Below, in pieces: positions 54,291-64,000 of a stretch of DNA of 64,000 nt. A program made the position numbers and the translations under genes. The notes under the pieces were generated by a model. That model ran no database searches and was not told where the DNA came from. It worked only from the letters and a program-made list of their open reading frames with translations. Source of the DNA: Tubiluchus corallicola (lineage: Eukaryota; Animalia; Priapulida); contig JAQGDQ010000438.1 in assembly GCA_030141605.1 (NCBI GenBank), positions 1 through 64,000 of the forward strand. Reading direction: 5' to 3'. Every line of letters begins with the position of its first letter. Within the stretch, counting starts at the first letter, position 1.

Positions 54291-56359
54291 AGAGGGAACC
54301 TTGCCAAAAGAAGTTAATTACTGTTGAAAAGGAATTTTAATACGAGAAACTTCCAACTCAGCTGACATACAATTAATTATGAATTACAAATCAGATCAGA
54401 AAACGACTTCTTTAGCCCAGTTTTACCTGCCCCCAGCTCTATAGCTAACATATATCTGGAACATACGCCCTATTGTGTGAAACAAGATGCCCCTTTTGTT
54501 CACTCACGTGTACCAACTAACTATTTGTTCGTAACATCAGATAATCTTGTGCAATTCTCTGTTCTTTTCTAATGTTCACGTAGGTTATAGAAAGTTTAAA
54601 TAGAGTAAAATAAAATAACGTTTTAAATAATACTATGCCCAAAGAATTTTGCAAGACAATCCATATTTAGTGTGAAAGTTTTATCAAAAAAATTAAACTG
54701 TGAGTATCAAATTAACTGCACCTTGCGAAAATAAGACAAACGAGACGCATTTCTCAAACAAGTTAAAGTGAGGTTTACTTTACTCACCAAGTTCATCTTC
54801 AAATGTTTGTTTCCTCTTGTTTCCTATGTATATGTTGACTGTTGCACCAGCATCCACAAAAGTGCTCAATTCTGGTTCTCCTTTTATAGTAGGTAGAGAC
54901 GAAAAGTCACCCTTAACTCTTTCACCTTAGCATTCATTGTCTAAAGGCAACTTGATTAACTCACAGAATAAACTTTCAGAAGTGGCGTTTAAGGTGAGAA
55001 TGTCACCTTTTACCTGTTTGCGTTTTTTGCTTGTTTCCACAAATGAAGTGATTAAAGTCAGTCATGTACATTTACGCTCGAAACAAGCCATGACCTTCCA
55101 GTGACCACTGACCCCAGGTTAACAATTTTCATGTTTAACTCAGGATTTATTTCTAAGGATCAATGCTGAAGTGTTTAAATCTTTCTCTGCAAAATCTAAA
55201 TATGATAACATTTGTCCTCCTGCAGGTTTTTTAGCTGGTTCTATGACTTTTTGAAGAGCTATCTTCACTGGAATATCATCAGGTAGTGTAAGCATATGCC
55301 CAATCCATCTTAAACGGCGTCTTTTTATTTTTCTTGTCCTTACAGCCATTACAATGTTTTAGCAGTGACAATAAACTTACCCACGATTTCTGACAATTTT
55401 AAGGTAGCAACAATCAACCCTTCGTTTTCTTGCCATTGTAGAAGAACAATGATATGCAATGAAAGCCTGGCCGAGTGAAAGTTACAGAATATACAGGCCG
55501 ACAAAATGGTCTCTAAAATCTAGGTTTTGGTTAAGATTTGTAGATTTTTTTTGAATCACGAACCGAAAAATTTCAAATATGCCTACAATCTTACAGTAAA
55601 AGTGTGCTTATGAAGAAATTGTTATTTTGCTTTGCGTTTCGTTTATTTTTTAATTTAAGCATCTCCATGGGATATTTGAAGTTGTGAACTAATTAGCTTT
55701 TCAATAAATGTAGATATATTAGCTTCATTATTAATAGAAAGTTTATTAATAACTTTCAAATCTAAAATGATAAAAAATGTCAAACAAAGTCAATCCTCAG
55801 TGTGGTTGATTAGTCGAAACATTTGTGACATGTTTTTAGCGTTTCATCATTTTTGATAATTTACCAAAATTGTTTCCTTGAATTAAACTGCAAGTGCCTG
55901 AATAAACGGATGTTGATTAACATCATGGTTGGTTACAGGTTTGCTCCCTTTCAGGATAAACCCATTGTAGGCCCATAAATTTGTTTAAGCTCCCAATGTT
56001 TGGTTCCTACTCATAGATTTATTGCTGTGCTAGAATCCACATGAATGCTCAATTCTGTCTCTGACTCACTGCGAGAAGTCACCTTTAAGTCCTTTTGCTG
56101 TGTAAAAGCAGCTTGATTAATTTACAGAGCAACTTACAGAAATAAAAAATGGATGCCGAAACTACGTAATTAAAGTGATTTGAAGTCGCACTTCAAATAA
56201 AGATGTCGTTTCTTACCAGTTTGTGTTTTTCGATCCATCCTACAAATGGAGTGATTAAACTCAATCACGTACATTTATATTGACGTAAACAGGCTGTGCC
56301 CTTCCAGTGACCACTGGCTCCTTGGTTAAATGTTCTGATGTTGCAACACAAAACCAATA

Positions 56360-56632
56360 GGACGATTTACCAACTCATGCAGCACAAAAATATGGGACGA
56401 TTTACCAACTCATACAGCACAAAAACAATGTAACGATTTACCAACTCATGCAGCACAAAAACATGGGGACGATTTACCAACTCATGCAGCACAAAAACAA
56501 TGTGACGATTTACCAACTCATGCAACACAAAAACATGGGGACGATTTACCAACTCATGCAGCACAAAAACAATGTAACGATTTACCAACTCATGCAACAC
56601 AAAAACAGGGGGATGATTTACCAACCCATGCG
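56360..56632. repeat. ~39-bp minisatellite, about 7 copies (3 copies at 48322-48415)
   Basis: Unit core acgatttaccaactcatgcagcacaaaaac. Confidence 0.88.
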
Positions 56633-56858
56633 GGTAAAATGACATACGTCAAAAAATTTAAAATCTTTTGTTAATTAAAATGCATCCTTATAAAGATACC
56701 TATAATTTTCACTGATTTATAGGCCACAGTAGTTCATTACATTTTTATTACGTTTTACTACATTTTTATTGGATTTTTTATAATCTTTTTACAAATCCGT
56801 ATGTGTGTATGATACGTGTTTAATGCATTTAATTTCGAACTTCCCATTAAGCAAAGTG

Positions 56859-56890
<32 letters not shown>

Positions 56891-57738
56891 TGTATGTATG
56901 TATATATACATGATAAAACAACCAGTGCTAATTTATATATCAGAACTCGAGAATGACCTACGTTCTGGTCTTGCCACAAACTTCATTATTCAGTTGTCTA
57001 GTGCAGAATCTACTTGCAGACAGCCCAAACTGTATAAGAAATTGCAGTTACATTTGCAGAATGTTTGTGACGTCACAGGTCAAGGTGTGTCTGCATTTGA
57101 TAATCCAGTTTTAAACTAACAATTTGAAAATTATAAAATTAACAATAATTGTCATTTGCAACCAAATTTATTTTACCATAACCGATAAATAAACCTCCTA
57201 CAAGCTCTAGCTCCTCAAACGTTAACTTTAATATGCTTAAAACCATAAATCCCTGAATCCAAAAATAAACACGTCTGAAGAATATGGTTAGGTAATTATT
57301 AACTAAAAATTTTATAAGGTGTTCATAGGTGAATCTATGATGGTAGGTTTTGACAAATCTCGTATCTTTCTGGAAATTTTGACTCATATTTGATATAAAA
57401 ATATCATCCACTAATTTGTTAGATTTCTACCTATTTTAAACTAAACTAACAAAGATAAGTGTACAACTTTAACGCTACTGCAACCTCTAAAACAGTCTAT
57501 TATCACACAAAAGCATTTTTCATTGATTTAGTCATAGAAAGACGTAAGTTAATAGGGTACATATTTTTCGATCATTTACGGGTGATTCACAAGATCTTGG
57601 GAATTTGTATCAATTGTGCTGGTAACAAAAAAACGGAAAGAAAAAATCAGGATAGTCGAGGCTCAGTTCCGACTCGCACATGTCAAAGTTCTACTAGTTT
57701 TGTGATTCCAGGTTCTTTTCGTTTCGTCTTTTTCTTCC

Positions 57739-58485
57739 TCATTCGATTAATGTTTTGCACATATCATATGCTTCCTTGTAAATACAACAAGTTGCATATG
57801 TAGTCATGTTATATTCCTTTGCTTTCTCGAAGTTTCGCATCACATTCTGATAAAAACCCATATTTGAGCATTTCTTGCAATATTCCGCACCCCTATGGCC
57901 AGGCTTGCTTATGCATTGTCCGCCATGATTTTCTTTCAGCAGAGACAGTTGTCTGGCGCAATCCATGTATACGGAGGGGTTACGCGCACAAATCCTTGAA
58001 AAGAATCGGTTTGGTTTAGGAGTGCGAAGCCTGCTACATCTTTCGCAAGCTTTTTTCGGTTTGTCACCGCATTGCAACTTACTGCAACATCTGCTGTATG
58101 CTCTCCAAAACTTACTGTTGACCTCTTTTGATTCAAGCTTTGCACAGTCATAGCAATCATTTGATAATTGATTAGTTGGATTGTATTTGCATTTTCCCGT
58201 TGATTTCCCACCACCGTACTTCTCCCGCAACTGCACTTGTTTCGTGCATTCCCGGCGATAAGTTGGAAAACTGCAACATTTAGCAAGGATGTCCCAATCA
58301 ACATCTTCAGGCTTTTTCTTAGTTTGACTTATAAACTTCATGCAATTCTGGCATTCTTGCATCACATCGTTGGGTGGGTCTTTAACACAGTATCCTAATA
58401 CATTAGGGTCAGTATCTGCTATTGCAGTCAGCACTGCTACATGCACGAATACCAGAACAAATAGCAATGTAGCAGACGTCGTCAT
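57739..58485 (-). CDS. Cys-rich multi-module secreted protein, copy 3 (248 aa, 22 Cys)
   Basis: Intact ORF with the same signal peptide and Cys frame as copy 2, and the same acceptor 12 nt upstream of the ATG. Confidence 0.9.
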   Translation of the reverse strand: MTTSATLLFVLVFVHVAVLTAIADTDPNVLGYCVKDPPNDVMQECQNCMKFISQTKKKPEDVDWDILAKCCSFPTYRRECTKQVQLREKYGGGKSTGKCKYNPTNQLSNDCYDCAKLESKEVNSKFWRAYSRCCSKLQCGDKPKKACERCSRLRTPKPNRFFSRICARNPSVYMDCARQLSLLKENHGGQCISKPGHRGAEYCKKCSNMGFYQNVMRNFEKAKEYNMTTYATCCIYKEAYDMCKTLIE

Positions 58486-58861
58486 CTTTGATGTAGCCTA
58501 AAACAAAATAAGATATTTTAACATTCAACTTAGGACCCGATTGCGCAAAAGTAAAAAAATAAGACATGATAATGGATAAAAATGGAGCAATTTTAGCCTA
58601 CAATTTAAATTCTAATGTAACAGGAAACCCGAAACAGGAAATGTAACATTGGGATGTACTTGTCAAAACCTTAAAAAATTACAAATAAATTTTACAATGT
58701 ACCAAAACAATAAAAACACAATTTATGATAACTTATAAACGTTATACAAACAAGGCAAAATAAGATGAGATCATTCTTATGCTTTTATTGCTCCTCTCAT
58801 CTTAAAATTATTTCTCAATCTCTCTCTCTCTATTTCTCTCTCCCCCTCTCTGCTTCCAAAG

Positions 58862-59270
58862 AGGTGCAACAAGTAATACAATGGCAACAATGACTGCAGA
58901 GTTAACATTGTCTACAGGTGCAACAAGTGCTACAATGGTGACAATGACTGCAGCGTTAACATTGTCTACAGGTGCAACAAATGCTACAATGGCAAAAATG
59001 ACTGCAGAGCTAACATTGGCTACAGCTGCAACAAGTGCTACAATGGGAACAATGGCTGCAAAGTTAACATTGTCTAGAGGTGCAACAAGAGCTACAATGG
59101 CAGCAATGACTGTAGAGTTAACATTGTCTACAGCTGCAACAGGTGCTACAATGGCAACAATGATTGCAGAGTTAACATTGTCTACAGCTGCAACAAGGGG
59201 TACAATGGCAACAATGACTACAGAGTTAACATTGTCTACAAGTGCAACAAGTGCTACAATGGCAACAGCG
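58862..59270. repeat. 54-bp minisatellite, about 7-8 copies
   Basis: Same unit as 51066-54290. Confidence 0.9.
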
Positions 59271-62200
59271 GGAACCTTGCCAAAAGAAGTTAATTGCTGT
59301 CTGGTGAAAAGGAATTTTAATACGAGAAACTTCCAACTCAGCTGACATACAATTAATTATGAATTACTAATCAGATCAGAAAACTACTTCTTTAGCCTAG
59401 TTTTATCTGCCCTCAGCTCTATAGCCCGCGTATATCTGGCACATATGCCCTATTGTGTGAAACAAGATGCCCCTTTTGTTCACTCACGTGTACCAACTAA
59501 CTATTTGTTCGTAACATCAGATAATCATGTGCAATTCTCTGTTCTTTTCTAATGTTCACGTAGGTTATAGGAAGTTTAAATAAAGTAAAATAAAATAACG
59601 TTCTAACTAATACAATGCCCAAAGAATTTTGCAAGACAATCCATATTTAGTGTGAAAGTTTTATAAAAAAAAATTAAACTGTGATTATCACATTAACTGC
59701 ACCTTGCGAAAATAAGACAAACGAGACGCATTTCTCAAACAAGTTAAAAAGAGGTTTACTTTACTCACCAAGTTCACCTTCAAATGTTTGTTTCCTCTTG
59801 TTTCCTATGTATATCTTGACTGTTGCACCAGCGTCCACAAAAGTGCTCAATTCTGGTTCTCCTTATATAGTAGGTAGAGACGAAAAGTCACCCTTAACTC
59901 TTTCACCTTAGCATTCATTGTCTAAAGCCAACTTGATTAACTCACGGAATAAACTTTCAGAAGTCGCATTTTAGGTGAGAATGTCACCTTTTACCTGTTT
60001 GCGTTTTTTGCTTGTTTCCACAAACGAAGTGATTAAAGTCAGTCATGTACATTTACGCTCGTAAACAAGCCATGCCCTTCCAGTGACCACTGACTCCAGG
60101 TTAACAATTTTCATGTTTAACTCATGTTCAAACTTACATTAATACATTTCATAAACTTTATACGTAATAACATATATTAAAAAATAGTTAGTACTACAGA
60201 CTAGTTGAAGTTTGTATTAGAAAAACGAAACAAAGGAATCAATTGTTTTTTATTTATCATCATCATCCAATGAATCACACGTCCAGTGACATGATTCTGC
60301 TCACCTCTCAATGCCAGGACTCCCTACACGCTGCAACGCCCCAAGTACATTTATTTCTAAGGATCAATGCTGCTGTGTTTAAATCTTTCTGTGCAAAATC
60401 TAAATATGTTAACATTTGTCCTCCTGCAGGTTTTTTAGCTGGTTCTATGACTTGTTGAAGAACTGTCTTTACTGGAATATCTTCAGGTAATGTAAGCATA
60501 TGCCCAATCCATCTTAAACGGCGTCTTTTTTATTTTTATTGTCCTTACAGCCAGGCTTCCTTTACAATGTTTTAGCAGTGACAATAAACTTATGGACGAC
60601 TTCTGACAATGTTTTTGTAGCAACAATCAACCTTTCGCTTTTTGTCATTGTAGAAGAACAATGATATGCAATGAAGGCCTGGTCGAGTGAAAGTTACAGA
60701 ATACAGGTCAGCAAAATGGTCTCTAAAATCCAAATTTTGGTTAAGATTTGCAGCAATAAACTACATGTAATTGGTATTATTGTTCAATTATTCAATAATC
60801 AGCCCCACAACAAAACGAGTGACGTCACCCGAATGATGTCACTGAAACAGCGGCAACAACTCTCTTATGATGTAACAGTTTCAAGCAAACTAGTGAGTGA
60901 GACACACGCTTTTAAAACGTCGTCCCACTCATATTTAACAAAAGAATTATCAAAGCGTTTTAATTTCAAAAATGCCGCGCAGGTATGCTGTAGCAACGAC
61001 CCGTTTACCACCCGGGGTCACGGTGCATCCGCCACCCGGAGATCCTCCAGTAGTTTATAACATAGCAACACTATGTTGATAGTTGTTATAGAGATCATAA
61101 TTGTGCGTTTTGTTGCAAGGAGGCTCAGTATCTGAGTACAAATTTCCTGGTTGTCAAGTCACACAAAATAAAGCATGACGTAAACAAATAGAGCTTAGTT
61201 TCTGACAGTAAAAGCCCGAAGTTCCCACAAGAAAACTTACTGTATTATTAATACAGATTTATGCAATGATTTGCCAGCGCAAATAACCAGCCGTCTACTC
61301 TAAAAATGTTCATTAAATTGCCTACATTGATTGATCGCATTTCTAGGCACAAGTCCCAAGAAGGAGGCCATTGGAAGTCCAAGGCAGAACAGCCTCAGCG
61401 CATACCAGACTATCAGGAGTGCAGCTGTAAGTCTGAACCTTTTGACTCCCTTGAACGGTGATAATTTTACGATTAAACATATCAACACTTCACCTAAAGT
61501 TGTATCAAAGATCCAACCAGCCACAAACTAGCAATTGCCTAAACATCATTAGAGGTGAAAAAACTGAATTTGACTTTTGGTTAGAACTGAAGAATTTGTT
61601 GCCTATTTGTACTTAGCAAATCAACAACTTGGCCAGCCAATGCAAGTAAGACAGTCAGCAGTCATTCATTCATTTGGCTGGTCAGTAAGTAAGTAGTTAA
61701 TCAATCAGTCAGTCTGCCACTCAGCCAGTAGTCAGTCACTCAACAATCTGTCAGTAAGTTAGTAAGTCAGTCAGTCAGTCAGTCCGTTCAGTCTGTAGTA
61801 CTAGTCAGTCAACCAGTTAACAGTATTTCACTCAGTTGGTCAGTCAGTGACAGCCAACCAACCAATCAGGTCAACTAGACTGCTTGATGAGTAATCACAA
61901 TTGTAATAACTAATAAGTTTTAGTATCTTTGTCAAAATTGCAGTCCGAATGTGATCAGCATACAAGTAAGAAGAGCTGACCGTCACCAATGCCACAATAG
62001 TGTAAGACAGCCAGTGTATGTGTTAGATAGAGGTGATGCGTTCCAACTGCCTTCCAACAGAAACAACAACAAGTCTTTGTGGCAAAAAGAAGACCTTGTG
62101 CGAGCGGAGCTTGCCTCGAACACGCGGGGTATGTGTCGTTCCATGTATTATTTGATTATATATATGTTCAAGAATAATTAACACTAAACTAGATCCTTTG

Positions 62201-62653
62201 TCGAGAATTAGTAACCAGTTATGCACAACTTCAAACTTTTTTGGGGGGGAAGGACTGCCTTTTTAAACAACTTTTAACTATTTAACTAAAACGGAAGCTG
62301 AAAATATCAGGTTTTACTGCTGGAGGTTCTGGATGGTTGTCCTAAAGAAAAATTTACCTGAATTTTGTATTGATCCAGTCAGTTATTGCAAAATTTTTAG
62401 AGAAAAACCACTTATAGAGACACTTCAGGGAACTGACTAATACTTGAAACTTGGAACTGGAGAGTCTGACAAGAGGTTCCCTCCTGGCTTAACTCTAACA
62501 ATAAATATACAATTTACAAAGTTGAGAGCTGAGTTCTTTGTGGCACTTACAAAAGCATGCAATGCAAATGTTTCGAGTGTTTTTAGTTGAATTGCCATGC
62601 TATACCTAAATAAGTGTTTGATTTCTATGTGTCAGAGATGGCATCACAGAAGT

Positions 62654-62830
<177 letters not shown>

Positions 62831-62871
62831 ACCCAAGTATCTAAAGATGATACATCCTTCCCGGTTGAGTC

Positions 62872-63320
62872 CTACACTTCATTCATTACAGGACCAATGA
62901 CAAGTCGTACACGTCATTCATTACAGGACCAATGACAAGTCGTACACGTCATTCATTACACGACCAATGACAAGTCGTACACGTCATTCATTACAGGACC
63001 AATGACAAGTCGTACACGTCATTCATTACAGGACCAATGACAAGTCGTACACGTCATTCATTACAGGACCAATGACAAGTCGTACACGTCATTCATTACA
63101 CGACCAATGACAAGTCGTACACGTCATTCATTACAGGACCAATGACAAGTCGTACACGTCATTCATTACACGACCAATGACAAGTCGTACACGTCATTCA
63201 TTACACGACCAATGACAAGTCGTACACGTCATTCATTACAGGACCAATGACAAGTCGTACACTTCACTCATTACAGGACCAATGGCAAGTCGTACACGTC
63301 ATTCATTACACGACCAATGA
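62872..63320. repeat. 35-bp minisatellite, about 12-13 copies
   Basis: Unit attcattacaggaccaatgacaagtcgtacacgtc. Confidence 0.93.
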
Positions 63321-64000
63321 AGTCAACGGGAAGAAGAAAATTGATTACAATTTTTGTAACCTAATTTACATTCATTTAATAATTTTTTTTGTTGTAATAA
63401 TGCAGTTTTTGTTAAATTAACTAATACAATATTTAAAACAGAGGTTTTTCATTAGTAATGTAAATCTAAGCTAAATATCTGATTCCCAGTTGAACATAAA
63501 TCAGTTATAAATTAAGTTATAAATTAGTCAGGCATTAATATGGATTATGACGCATATTCAATCCCACGTTTTATCAATTTTTGAATAAATCATAATTATT
63601 ATATAATTCCTGGTGTAAATGGCCACTTAAAATATGGAACCTTTTTACTTGTTCAACAACACAATTATCAATTTTAATGACACCGCTCATGCTAATAAGT
63701 TTATTATGGACTCTAAAAATATGAATTTAGTTTTAGCTGGTTTAAAGCAACGCTAATAGAAAATTTGAATCCTATGCATACAAAAATCATGCATACTACT
63801 TGATTTGTAGTGCAGTAAAACACCAATAATACATTTAAAAATCGTGCACAGAAATCACAGCTAAATTGTGCTAATTGCATGGTATTTTAATTGTTTTAAT
63901 GATAAAGAAAGTAAGTAGTTCAAGTGCTGAATTATTGAAATCCATAATTTTAGGTTCGAATTGCTCACGCCTAATGTCCAGGGGCAAATTCACTAAACTT

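Larger units (their letters stand above)
43535..60753. repeat. Three-copy tandem segmental duplication (units about 43535-48515, 48516-56735, 56736-60753)
   Basis: Each unit repeats, in order: (GTAT)n, 3' flank, Cys-rich gene, CT tract plus 54-bp minisatellite, upstream region and RTE fragment. Confidence 0.93.

Noticed and set aside
51020-54327. Antifreeze-like (TGATSATMAAMTVELTLS) and Cys-rich (CNKCYNGSNDC) repeat ORFs
   Set aside because: Translations of the 54-bp minisatellite. There are frequent frameshifts, copy number varies from 1.5 to 60 between paralogs, and the array lies in a putative intron.
61150-62230. Short ORFs right of the duplicated array
   Set aside because: No recognisable motifs or paralogs; left unassigned.

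Overview
This is AT-rich, microsatellite-dense eukaryotic DNA, probably from an invertebrate animal. Every recognisable host gene encodes a secreted or surface protein, and each coding sequence sits in a single exon; most have a putative intron in the 5'UTR. The genes are: two paralogous LDL-receptor class A (LDLa)-repeat-only proteins with GPI-like tails (8 and 9 modules); a secreted Gly/Tyr-rich protein with R-x-G-Y motifs; an atypical C-type lectin; and a three-copy tandem array (43.5-60.8 kb) of a 22-Cys, multi-module secreted protein that I do not recognise. That protein has a C-x11-CxxC-xn-CC-x8-C motif reminiscent of the CHH/ITP helical fold. In hand-counted windows its mature coding region diverges much more than its non-coding flank. 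One copy is broken by a solo LTR and a stop codon, and two copies carry an in-frame GRKRR processing site just behind a TGA. The rest of the window is TTAA-flanked (Kolobok-like) and hAT MITEs, a foldback element, a deleted pogo-like element, a Tc1 fragment, LINE 3' ends, a tRNA-derived SINE, and mini- and microsatellites. All counts are by eye and no database search was possible.
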